Of a stretch of DNA of 64,000 bases, positions 31,013 to 39,954 are shown one piece after another (the first letter of the stretch is position 1; each line of letters begins with the position of its first letter). The position numbers and the translations under genes are program-made. Below the pieces are notes generated by a model. The model worked only from the letters and a program-made list of their open reading frames with translations. It had not been told where the DNA came from and did not search any database. The stretch comes from Isosphaeraceae bacterium (GTDB taxonomy: Bacteria; Planctomycetota; Planctomycetia; Isosphaerales; Isosphaeraceae): NCBI GenBank assembly GCA_965201075.1, contig CBDAVP010000003.1, forward strand, positions 124,001 through 188,000, written 5' to 3'.

Positions 31013-31713
31013 CGCTGGAAATGGGGGCCGATGGTCTCTCGGACCCAGGCGCGGAGCCGCTTCAACCAGGGGAGATAACCCTCCTTCTCCAAGGACGTGA
31101 CCCAGGAAAGGATCTCCGCGGCCGCAAGGGAAGGGAAGGCCCGGCTAGCCGTCGCCAGTTGATATTTGCCTTGGCCATCCAGATGAAGAACTCGGAGCGA
31201 CCCCGATCGGTCGTCGTACACCCAGACTTCGGGGACCTCGAGCGCCTGGCAAATGGAAACCGCCAGGGTCGCCGGGTGGGTGAATTCGACCTCGATGATC
31301 AGGTCGGGCGGGGGGTAAATGTCGAGGTCCAGTTCTCCTTCCACCTCGCGGATGATGGCCTCGCGCTCAAGGTAATAACTTAGGTCGCTCATGATACCGC
31401 GGTCGAGGTCTTTCCTCTGGAAAAGGGTGGCCCCAGTCGGCTCGAAGGCGATCTCCGACTCCTCACAGATCGTTTTGACCAACGAATCCAGACGCTCAAC
31501 CCGTCGCTCATGTCGTTTCGAGGGGGTCATTAGCGCCAACTGCCCTTGATCGTAGAGAATTCGGGGTCGCCGTCGGTCGAGTAGCAGCGTCTCAATCGCC
31601 AGCAGCCCGTCCCAGCCGACGGCGCCCAGGTGGACGATCATGTCGGGCTCAAGGGCCTTGGGTGGGGCGGGGGAAGACGCCCGGGTTTCCGCCTCGATCG
31701 TGACCGTCGTCAA
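31009..31713 (-). CDS. Uma2 family (DUF820) putative endonuclease
   Basis: TTG start with GGAGG SD; MTPSKRHE, PPPDLIIEV, LEVPEVWVYD, SRAFP; stop overlaps the queG start. Confidence 0.85.
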   Translation of the reverse strand: MTTVTIEAETRASSPAPPKALEPDMIVHLGAVGWDGLLAIETLLLDRRRPRILYDQGQLALMTPSKRHERRVERLDSLVKTICEESEIAFEPTGATLFQRKDLDRGIMSDLSYYLEREAIIREVEGELDLDIYPPPDLIIEVEFTHPATLAVSICQALEVPEVWVYDDRSGSLRVLHLDGQGKYQLATASRAFPSLAAAEILSWVTSLEKEGYLPWLKRLRAWVRETIGPHFQR

Positions 31714-31733
31714 CGGAGTGCCTCCAGATCGGA

Positions 31734-32636
31734 TCAGGCTCGCAGGGCGACCGAATCCTTCACGCCGAGGTTCTGGTAGATCCGCCTCGTGGCGTCCGAT
31801 TGATTGAGAGTATAGAAGTGCAGGCCACGCACCTGGTTGTCGAGCAGGTCGCGGCATTGCTCCGAAGCCCAGTGGATGCCGACCTTGCGAATATCGTCCC
31901 CCTCGCAGCGAGCGATCGAGCGGAGCAGGGGGGCCGGGAACCGGGCACCCAGGGCGAGGTCCGCCATGCGGTCCAGGCTCGATCGACGCTCCACCGGCAT
32001 AATCCCCGCCAGAATCGGCACGCTGATGCCGGCCAGTTCGCAGCGATGGCGGAAATCGAAGAAGTCTCGGTTGTCGAAGAACAATTGCGTGCAAATGTAA
32101 TCGGCGCCAGCGTCGACCTTGCGTTTAAGGAAGTCCATTTCCTTGAGGCGGTTGGGCGTGGCGGGATGCCCTTCGGGAAAGCCCGCGACTCCGACACCAA
32201 ACCCCCGAGGATCGGGCTGGTTGGCGTGGGCCTTGAGGAAGCGGACGAGTTCCTCGGCGTGGCGGAAGGCGTCGTTGGCCCGGTCATATCCGGCCTTGTT
32301 GCGCGGGGGATCGCCGCCGAGGGCCAGGATGTTTTCCACCCCCGAGGCGGCGTAGCGGTCGAGGATGCCTTCCAGTTCCGAACGGTTATGGCAAACGCTG
32401 GTCAGGTGAGAAACGGCGGTCAGGCTGGTCTCGGTCTGGATGCGGCGAATCAGGTCGTGAGTTCGGTCCCGGGTCGTGCCCCCCGCGCCATAAGTGACCG
32501 ACACGAACGACGGTTGCAATTCCTGAAGCTGCGCGATGACCCCGAACAGCGCTTCGCCTGCCGCGTCGGTGCGAGGGGGGAAAAACTCGAAGCTGAACGT
32601 GGTCGGGTGGGCCGTGAAGATGTCGAGAATATGCAT
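31734..32636 (-). CDS. metF: 5,10-methylenetetrahydrofolate reductase
   Basis: SFEFFPP, SVTYGAGG, GFPEGHP, KVDAGA..ICTQLFF, GLHFYTLN. Confidence 0.97.
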   Translation of the reverse strand: MHILDIFTAHPTTFSFEFFPPRTDAAGEALFGVIAQLQELQPSFVSVTYGAGGTTRDRTHDLIRRIQTETSLTAVSHLTSVCHNRSELEGILDRYAASGVENILALGGDPPRNKAGYDRANDAFRHAEELVRFLKAHANQPDPRGFGVGVAGFPEGHPATPNRLKEMDFLKRKVDAGADYICTQLFFDNRDFFDFRHRCELAGISVPILAGIMPVERRSSLDRMADLALGARFPAPLLRSIARCEGDDIRKVGIHWASEQCRDLLDNQVRGLHFYTLNQSDATRRIYQNLGVKDSVALRA

Positions 32637-32681
32637 CGTCGGGTCGCTTTCCGTGGCTTCGGGTCGGGTGGATCGTGTGCG

Positions 32682-33356
32682 TCAGGCGGCCGGGGCGGAG
32701 AGGCCGTGTCTCGGACAAAGGGACCGGAGCGAGCATCCCTCGCAGCGGGGCCGTAGCGCCAGGCAGGTCCGGCGGCCGTGTTCGATGAGGCGATGGCTGA
32801 AGTCGATCCACGAGGCCCGGGGCAGAAGCGCCGCCAGGTCGCGTTCCACCTTCACCGGGTCGGTCTGCTCGGTCAGTCCCAGCCGGAAGGACAGGCGTTT
32901 GACATGGGTATCGACGACCACCCCCGAAGGGATGCCGAAAGCGTTGCCCAACACCACATGGGCGGTTTTGCGGCCGACGCCGGGCAGGCTGGTCAAGGCG
33001 TCCAGGTCGGTGGGGATTTGGCCCTCCGATCGCTCCACCAGGGCGGCGGCCAGTCCCAGGAGGTTGTGGGCCTTGGCTCGGAAAAAACCAGTGGGACGAA
33101 TCAACGCCTCGACCTCGGCGCGATCGGCGGCGGTCAGGGCCAGGGCGTCCGGGAAGCGGGCGAAAAGGGCTGGGGTCACGAGATTGACCCGGGCGTCGGT
33201 GCATTGCGCCGAGAGAACCGTCGCCACCAGAAGCTCGAACGGGTTTCGATGATTCAAGGCGCAGCGGGGTTCTGGATAGAGGCGGACCAACCGCCGTAAC
33301 AGTCGAGCCGCCTGGGCTTTCAGGGCTGGGGATGGTTTCTCGACCCCGCCGGACAT
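32682..33356 (-). CDS. nth: Endonuclease III
   Basis: LSAQCTD.RVN, HhH LPGVGRKTA, VVDTHV.R, C-terminal C..RPRC..C.L..LC Fe-S motif. Confidence 0.97.
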   Translation of the reverse strand: MSGGVEKPSPALKAQAARLLRRLVRLYPEPRCALNHRNPFELLVATVLSAQCTDARVNLVTPALFARFPDALALTAADRAEVEALIRPTGFFRAKAHNLLGLAAALVERSEGQIPTDLDALTSLPGVGRKTAHVVLGNAFGIPSGVVVDTHVKRLSFRLGLTEQTDPVKVERDLAALLPRASWIDFSHRLIEHGRRTCLALRPRCEGCSLRSLCPRHGLSAPAA

Positions 33357-33374
33357 AGAGCCTCCGCCGGCACC

Positions 33375-33402
33375 TTGCCGGTTGCACTCGCCAAACTACA
33401 AT
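33375..33402 (+). promoter_or_regulatory. sigma70-type promoter preceding structured leader / LON-domain gene
   Basis: TTGCCG-N16-TACAAT. Confidence 0.55.
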
Positions 33403-33508
33403 GCGCCTCGATGGTTGAGGATACCCGGGGCGGCGATCTCGGGAAACCCGGCCGGATGACCCGTCCTCGGCCCCGCGGTTTCTGTATCCTCCCGGAATCC
33501 TCGACGCG
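33403..33508 (+). ncRNA. Candidate structured leader or small RNA
   Basis: GAGGATAC/GTATCCTC and CGGGGC/GCCCCG stems enclosing two hairpins (TCGGG-AAA-CCCGG; GGATG-ACC-CGTCC). Confidence 0.35.
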
Positions 33509-33537
33509 GTAATGTGGTGGGAGGCTCGGTCGTGGAC

Positions 33538-34251
33538 ATGGGTGATGGAATGGATATCGACCAGGATTTCAGCCAATTCGGCAATGTCTGCCGCCTGTTC
33601 CCTCTGGCGGGAGTGGTGCTCTTCCCCCACGCCGTGCTTCCTCTGCACATCTTCGAGCCACGATATCGACAGATGACCCGTGATGCCTTGGCTGGCGACC
33701 GTCTGGTGAGCGTCGTCCAGGCGTTGCCGCGGTCGGGAGATCCCGACCCGCAACGACCCACGATCGAGTCGATCGGCTGTCTCGGCAAGATCCTCCTGCA
33801 CGAGGAGCTGCCCGATGGTCGGTTCAACTTCCTCCTGCTGGGTTGCGTACGGGTCAGGCTGACCCGGGAATTCGCGGAAGATGGGACGCTCTACCGTCAG
33901 GCCGATGCGTCGATCGTGGAGGACGAGGGGCCGACGGACGACCGGATCGGCAAGGCATCGGCCGCGATGTTGATCGAGCGGTTCCTGTCGCTGTCGGAAA
34001 AGGGGCCGCCGGTCGACCCCGACCTCGCCGCCCTGCTCACGGGCGACCTGCCCCTGGGGGTGTTGACCGACATCCTGGCCCATGCCCTGGTTCTGCCGCC
34101 GCAAGTCAAGCAGTCCCTTCTGGATGAGTGTCGGGTCGACCGCCGGGCCGCGGCCCTGAGCAAGCTTCTGCAAACGCTTCAGGGCGCCACGCCCGGTCCG
34201 TCGTCGGGGGGAGGGCGACGCCCCTACCCCCAGCCGTTCAGCGACAATTAG
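33538..34251 (+). CDS. LON peptidase substrate-binding domain protein
   Basis: [34 protein letters not shown]; no AAA or protease domain. Confidence 0.92.
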   Translation: MGDGMDIDQDFSQFGNVCRLFPLAGVVLFPHAVLPLHIFEPRYRQMTRDALAGDRLVSVVQALPRSGDPDPQRPTIESIGCLGKILLHEELPDGRFNFLLLGCVRVRLTREFAEDGTLYRQADASIVEDEGPTDDRIGKASAAMLIERFLSLSEKGPPVDPDLAALLTGDLPLGVLTDILAHALVLPPQVKQSLLDECRVDRRAAALSKLLQTLQGATPGPSSGGGRRPYPQPFSDN

Positions 34252-34379
34252 GAGCGTCCCGTCACGATGGGATGGCGAGGCGGTTGCGTTGTCGAGGACA
34301 AGGCGATAATCTGTACGGAAGATCGCCCCGCCACTCGACTTACCAACGAACCTCCCGCCATCGTTCCGCGAGTTGCTCC

Positions 34380-35027
34380 ATGGCCGACGGCCCCCTCCGA
34401 CGCCAGGCGGTCCAGGATGACCCCGAGGCCAGGTCGCCCCATCCCGTCGCGACCCCCGCCGAAGTCGACCAACCCCGCATTCGCAAGGCTGTCCGGGAAA
34501 TCCTCCTGGCCGTCGGCGAGGATCCGGACCGCGAGGGTCTGCGCGAAACTCCCGACCGCGTCGCCCGCATGTACGCCGAGGTTTTCGGCGGCCTGCGCGT
34601 CGATCCCGGAATCCACCTGACCAAGCTGTTTGACGAGCAGTATGACGAGATGGTGGTCGAGCGGGACATCTCGTTCGCCAGCTTCTGCGAGCACCACCTG
34701 TTGCCATTCACCGGGCACGCCCACGTCGCCTATCTTCCCAACGGAAAGGTGATTGGTCTGTCCAAAATCGCCCGAGTCGTCGACGCCCTGGCGAAGCGTC
34801 CGCAGGTACAGGAGCGGCTGACCTCGCAGGTGGCCGACCTGCTGATGAAGGAGTTGGGAGCCCGAGGGGTGGCCGTGGTGATCGAGGCCAGCCATAGCTG
34901 CATGACCGTGAGGGGCATCTCCAAGCCGGGCAGCACCTGCATCACCAGCGCCCTTCGCGGCGCCTTTCGCGAAAAGCCGGCGACTCGCGCCGAGGTGCTG
35001 TCCTATCTGTACGGACGTCGGACGTGA
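34380..35027 (+). CDS. folE: GTP cyclohydrolase I
   Basis: [50 protein letters not shown]. Confidence 0.97.
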   Translation: MADGPLRRQAVQDDPEARSPHPVATPAEVDQPRIRKAVREILLAVGEDPDREGLRETPDRVARMYAEVFGGLRVDPGIHLTKLFDEQYDEMVVERDISFASFCEHHLLPFTGHAHVAYLPNGKVIGLSKIARVVDALAKRPQVQERLTSQVADLLMKELGARGVAVVIEASHSCMTVRGISKPGSTCITSALRGAFREKPATRAEVLSYLYGRRT

Positions 35028-35081
35028 GTTGCCCCTCAACGGCGGCGGGCCTGGACCCCATCCCCGATCGGCTCGGCTGAC

Positions 35082-38036
35082 GTGGACGAACGGCGAGCGC
35101 GCATTCATGACGACCTGCGAGGGCTGATCGGGGGTGACCTCCGGTTTGGCCCGATTGCCCGCGCCCCCTATGCCCACGACGCCAGTCTCTATGAAATCGA
35201 CCCCCTGGGCGTGGTGTGTCCCCGATCTCACGAGGAACTCGTGGCCGTGGTCCGCTACGCGCACGAGCACTCCCTGCCCATGCACGCACGGGGAGGCGGG
35301 ACCGGCCTGGCGGGGGAAAGCCTGGGGCCAGGGCTGGTCCTGGACTTTAGTTGTTACCTCCGACGTATCCTGGAGATCGGTCCGGAAAGCGTGACCGTCC
35401 AGACCGGAGTGGTTCTCGACGAGCTGAATCGCCAGCTCGCTCCCCTGGGCCGGAGGATCGGTCCGGACCCCAGCGGCGGAGAGGCTTGCACCATCGGCGG
35501 GATGATCGGCGGCAACGCGGCCGGGGCGCGGTCGCTGGCTTACGGCACGACGGCCGACCATGTCGAGCGGCTCCGGGTGCTCTTCGCCAATGGGGATGAG
35601 GCCGAACTCGCCCGCCCCGAACCCTGGCCGCTGCTGGACGAGGAGCCGGCGGACTTCAAGGGCCTGGTCACTCGTCGGGTGGCCGGTCTGCTGCATCGCC
35701 ACGCCGAGTTGATCGACCGCAAAATCCCTCGTTCCCCCCGGAACCGGTGCGGCTACGCCCTGAACGCGACGGCGACCGAGGAGGGGGTCGACCTGCGGCG
35801 ATTGGTGGTGGGATCGGAAGGGACGCTGGCGTTGGTGACGGAGGCGACCTTGCGGACGGTCCCCACGCCGGGGTCGGTGGGCGTGGTGCTCTTGCCGTTC
35901 CGCAAGTTGAACGAGGCGGCCGAGGCCGTGCGGTCGTGCCTGGAGGATTCGCCCGCGGCCTGTGAACTGCTGGATTGGCGGTCGTTGAGCCTGGTCCGGG
36001 ACGGGCTGCCAGGCTATCGAGAACTGATCTCCGACGCCGCCGAGGCCGCCCTGGTCGTGACCTTCGAGGGGGACGATCCGGCGGGGGTCGCCTCCCGGGT
36101 CCGCCGACTGGCCACCCGGTCCTTGAAGCTCGGGACGCTGGCGGCCTCGCCCATCGAGACGACCCGGCGGGAAGAGTGCCGCCGACTGATGGCCCTGCGC
36201 GAGGAGGTCCGACCCCTCTTGATGCGTATGGGAGGCTCGGCGAGGCCGGTGCCGCTCATCGAGGACATCGCCCTGCCCCCCGAAATGCTGCCGAAGTTCC
36301 TGGGTGAGTTGCGGGACATTCTGAAGCGTCACGGCTTGCGCTGGATCGTCTCGGCGCACGCCGGGGATGGCCAGGTCCACGCCCGGCCGTTCCTCGACCT
36401 GGGTGAGCCGGCCGACGTGGCCAAGCTCGAACCGGTGGCGACCGAGGCGTATGAGGCGGCCCTGGCCCTGGGCGGGACCATTTCGGGGGAACACGGTTGC
36501 GGGCTGGTGCGCACCCAGTTCCTGAAGCGCCAGTACGGCGAACTGGTCGCGGTCTTCCGAGAGGTCAAGAACGCCTTCGACCCGGCCGACTTGCTGAATC
36601 CCGGCAAGGTGGTGGGGGATGACCCTCACCTGATTCTGCGAGACCTGCGGCCCACGCCCCCGCCCCCGGCCGATGGCGGAGCCTTCGGCGCCTTGCCTTT
36701 GCTCGACCATCCCCTGAACTGGGAGGAGGTGGGGCGGGCCGACCAGATTCTGGCCTGTAACGGGTGCGGGGCCTGCCGAAGTCGCGATCCCGAGCTGCGG
36801 ATGTGCCCGACCTTCCGCGCGACCCGTTCGGAAGCGGCGTCGCCCCGGGCCAAGGTCAACCTCCTTCGCCAGTTCGCCGCGGGAACGATCGACCCCAAGT
36901 TGTGGGCCTCGGAGGACGTGAAGGCGATCGCCGACCTGTGCGTCCACTGCCACCTTTGCCGCCAGGAATGCCCCGCCGAGGTGGACGTCTCGGCATTGAT
37001 GGTCGAGGCCAAGGCCGCCTTCGTCGAGGCCCACGGCCTGACGACGCCCGACTGGATGCTGTCCCGAATTGACGTCTGGTCGCGCATCGCCAGCCGGTTC
37101 CCGATTGTCTGCAACGCCCTGATGGCCAGCCCCGCCTCTCGCTGGGTGTTCGAGCGACTGTTCGGCCTGTCTCGCTTGCGGAGGTTGCCCAAAGCGCACC
37201 GCACGCCATTCGTCCGGAGGGCCGAGCGGCTGGGCTTGGGCCGTCCCCGCTCGCAAACCCCGGGGCCACGGGTCGCCTATTTCGTGGATGTCTTCGCCGA
37301 CCATTTCGACCAGGACCTCGCCGAGTCGGTCGTCGCGGTCCTCCAGCACGCGGGCGTCAACGTCTACGTTCCCAGAGGCCAGCGGGGATGCGGGATGCCC
37401 GCCCTGGCGGCCGGGGACCTTGACCGGGCTCGGGCCCTGGCGTTGGCCAACCTGCGAGTGCTGGGGAACGCCGTCCGGGATGGCTACACGGTCGTCTGCT
37501 CGGAGCCAACCGCGACGTTGATGCTCACCCGCGAATACCTCAAACTGACCGACGACCTCGATGCCAAGCTCGTCGCGGCGAACACGATGGATGTCGGACA
37601 ATACCTGGCGGGGCTCAACGCTCGGGGCCAGTTGCCGGCGCCTCATGTCCCCTTGAAAGCCAGGGTCGGCTATCACCAACCCTGTCACCTCAGAGCGGGG
37701 GGCATCGGCACTCCGGGGCTGGACCTTTTGCGAGGAATCGAGGGACTGGACGTCGAGTTCATCGACCGAGGCTGCTCGGGGATCGCCGGCACCTTCGGCC
37801 TGACTCGCAAGAATTTCCGGACCTCGCTCCGGGCCGGCCGGGGGCTGAGGTCTCGTTTGCGGGATGACGACATCGAACTCGGAGCGACCGAGTGCGGGAC
37901 CTGTCGGATGCAGATGGAGCAAGGAATCGCCAAGCGGACGCTCCACCCCATCAAACTGCTGGCGCTGGCTTATGGGCTGAACCCAGGTTTGCGCCGCGTC
38001 TGGAAAGATCCCAAGCCGAAGCGGTCGCTGTCCTGA
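35082..38036 (+). CDS. FAD-binding and 4Fe-4S-binding oxidoreductase (GlcD+GlcF/YdiJ-like)
   Basis: RGGGTGLAG, GSEGTL, HAGDG, SGEHG.G, CNGCGAC..CP, CVHCHLC..ECP, CCG-like domains. Confidence 0.9.
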   Translation: MDERRARIHDDLRGLIGGDLRFGPIARAPYAHDASLYEIDPLGVVCPRSHEELVAVVRYAHEHSLPMHARGGGTGLAGESLGPGLVLDFSCYLRRILEIGPESVTVQTGVVLDELNRQLAPLGRRIGPDPSGGEACTIGGMIGGNAAGARSLAYGTTADHVERLRVLFANGDEAELARPEPWPLLDEEPADFKGLVTRRVAGLLHRHAELIDRKIPRSPRNRCGYALNATATEEGVDLRRLVVGSEGTLALVTEATLRTVPTPGSVGVVLLPFRKLNEAAEAVRSCLEDSPAACELLDWRSLSLVRDGLPGYRELISDAAEAALVVTFEGDDPAGVASRVRRLATRSLKLGTLAASPIETTRREECRRLMALREEVRPLLMRMGGSARPVPLIEDIALPPEMLPKFLGELRDILKRHGLRWIVSAHAGDGQVHARPFLDLGEPADVAKLEPVATEAYEAALALGGTISGEHGCGLVRTQFLKRQYGELVAVFREVKNAFDPADLLNPGKVVGDDPHLILRDLRPTPPPPADGGAFGALPLLDHPLNWEEVGRADQILACNGCGACRSRDPELRMCPTFRATRSEAASPRAKVNLLRQFAAGTIDPKLWASEDVKAIADLCVHCHLCRQECPAEVDVSALMVEAKAAFVEAHGLTTPDWMLSRIDVWSRIASRFPIVCNALMASPASRWVFERLFGLSRLRRLPKAHRTPFVRRAERLGLGRPRSQTPGPRVAYFVDVFADHFDQDLAESVVAVLQHAGVNVYVPRGQRGCGMPALAAGDLDRARALALANLRVLGNAVRDGYTVVCSEPTATLMLTREYLKLTDDLDAKLVAANTMDVGQYLAGLNARGQLPAPHVPLKARVGYHQPCHLRAGGIGTPGLDLLRGIEGLDVEFIDRGCSGIAGTFGLTRKNFRTSLRAGRGLRSRLRDDDIELGATECGTCRMQMEQGIAKRTLHPIKLLALAYGLNPGLRRVWKDPKPKRSLS

Positions 38037-38111
38037 ACCTGAACGAGTCCGATGCGGATTCGTTACAATTTTCGGGGCAGGAGCGTCGCGACGCGGCAAG
38101 GGAGGGATCTC

Positions 38112-39530
38112 GTGGAATCGATCAGCACGTTCGACATCTTCAAGGTGGGCGTCGGCCCGTCCAGCTCTCACACGATGGGCCCTTGGCGTGCCGCCCAGCG
38201 GTTTTTGCACGATTGCGAGGCGGCCGGAGTCCTCGACCAGATCGCCCGGGTGCGCGTCGACCTGTATGGTTCCCTGGCCAAGACGGGGCTCGGGCACGGC
38301 ACCGATGTCGCCATCATTTCCGGGCTGGCCGGCGATGACCCGGTCACTTGCGACCCGCTTCAGATCCACGCCCGGGTCGCGGCGATCCGACAGGCGGGGA
38401 CGCTTCGCCTGGGAGGTCGGCGGGAGCTTGCGTTTTCTTGCCAAACGGATGTCATCTTTCATCGAGACCGGGCCTTGCCCTTTCATCCCAACGGGCTGAC
38501 CTTCACCGCGACCGTGGACGACGGCCGGGAGTTGGCCGAAACGTATTACTCGATCGGCGGCGGGTTCATCGTGCGGGAGGGGGAGGGTCGCGGGGGTTCG
38601 GATCGCCCTCCGCTGCCGTTTCCGATCGAAACCGCGGCGGACCTCCTGCGATACTGCCGAGACACCGGCTGGACGATCCCCGAGGTCGTGCGACGCAACG
38701 AGGAGGCCTGGCGGTCTCCGGAGGCGATCTCCGAGGGGTTGGCCCTGATCCGCGAGACGATGCGGGACTGTATTTTTCGGGGGTATCGGGCCGAGGGGCG
38801 GTTGCCTGGGCCGTTGGGAGTGGTCCGGCGGGCGGCGAGCATGAATCGGGCCTTGCTGGGGGATCGGGTGTTCGCGACGGTCGAGGACTGGTTCGCGGCG
38901 ATTCGCCAGGGACCTGCGGATTTTCGCCAGACGTTGAAGTGGGTCAGTTGCTTCGCCCTGGCCGTCAATGAAGAGAACGCCGCGTTTGGCCGGGTCGTCA
39001 CCGCTCCGACCAACGGCGCGGCGGGGGTGGTCCCGGCGGTCATGGCGTACTCGGAACTGTTTTGCGACGTCGGCCCCACCCGTTTTGAAGACTTCCTGCT
39101 GACGGCCGGAGAGGTTGGCAGCCTGTTCAAGAAGGGAGCGACCCTTTCCGCGGCGATGGGCGGCTGCCAGGCCGAGATTGGCGTTTCCAGCGCGATGGCC
39201 GCGGCCGGCTTGACCCAGGTTCTGGGAGGGACGCCGGGCCAGGTTCTGGCCGCCGCCGAGATCGCGATGGAGCACCACCTCGGGCTGACCTGCGACCCCA
39301 TCGCCGGGCTGGTGCAGATTCCCTGCATCGAGCGAAACACGATGGGGGCGATGAAGGCAATTACCGCGGCGAATCTCGCGCTGGAAGGCGACCCCGAGCA
39401 GGCCCGCGTGTCGTTGGACGCGGTGATCCGCTCCATGTGGGCCACGGCGCTGGATATGAACGCCAAGTACAAGGAAACCTCCGAGGGCGGGCTTGCCGTC
39501 CAGGTGCCAGTGAGCCTCAGTGAGTGCTGA
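38112..39530 (+). CDS. sdaA: L-serine ammonia-lyase (Fe-S, single chain)
   Basis: [77 protein letters not shown]. Confidence 0.97.
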   Translation: MESISTFDIFKVGVGPSSSHTMGPWRAAQRFLHDCEAAGVLDQIARVRVDLYGSLAKTGLGHGTDVAIISGLAGDDPVTCDPLQIHARVAAIRQAGTLRLGGRRELAFSCQTDVIFHRDRALPFHPNGLTFTATVDDGRELAETYYSIGGGFIVREGEGRGGSDRPPLPFPIETAADLLRYCRDTGWTIPEVVRRNEEAWRSPEAISEGLALIRETMRDCIFRGYRAEGRLPGPLGVVRRAASMNRALLGDRVFATVEDWFAAIRQGPADFRQTLKWVSCFALAVNEENAAFGRVVTAPTNGAAGVVPAVMAYSELFCDVGPTRFEDFLLTAGEVGSLFKKGATLSAAMGGCQAEIGVSSAMAAAGLTQVLGGTPGQVLAAAEIAMEHHLGLTCDPIAGLVQIPCIERNTMGAMKAITAANLALEGDPEQARVSLDAVIRSMWATALDMNAKYKETSEGGLAVQVPVSLSEC

Positions 39531-39735
39531 ACGGTGGCGGTGAGGACAGGGCCATTGCCTTCTCACTTTGGGTGGACCAAAGGGCCCCATTCGCCGACGG
39601 ATGTCCCTCCTACTCCACCCACCGGTCCCTGGAATGGGGGAACACGCACCTGCGGAGTACCGCCGGAGCCAGTCCCCGATTGCAAGGCCAATGGAGAAAT
39701 AAACGGCCCTGGCGGTGGGGAAGCGAACCACTCGG

Positions 39736-39764
39736 GTTGACGGTTGGGACGGAGGCGGATAAGG
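39736..39764 (+). promoter_or_regulatory. sigma70-type promoter upstream of the lptD-like gene
   Basis: TTGACG-N17-TAAGGT. Confidence 0.5.
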
Positions 39765-39954
39765 TTCCCGCCGATTGCCCCTTCACGGCCAGGCCGGCAC
39801 GTTCCCCCCCCTTCGACTGACACCCTTCGCGAACGATGGCGGTCCCCAGCCGTTGAGGCGGGGCGCGTCCGATCTCGACCCTCGGCCAAGGACGGCCGGG
39901 CGGAGCGGGTTCGGTCCTGTTGTGTCGCGGGGTGTCGACGTGCAGGGAGGTGCC

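Noticed and set aside
39540..39730. Cobalamin riboswitch-like fragments (GGGAA, AGCCAG)
   Set aside because: B12-box and core CCCGC/ACTG elements not found in the right order; downstream gene unrelated
34248..39731. 1827-aa minus-strand ORF
   Set aside because: Shadow frame of folE, the FAD/Fe-S gene and sdaA, which all share one frame; TTA/CTA/TCA codons are rare at high GC, so the antisense frame lacks stops; no recognisable motifs
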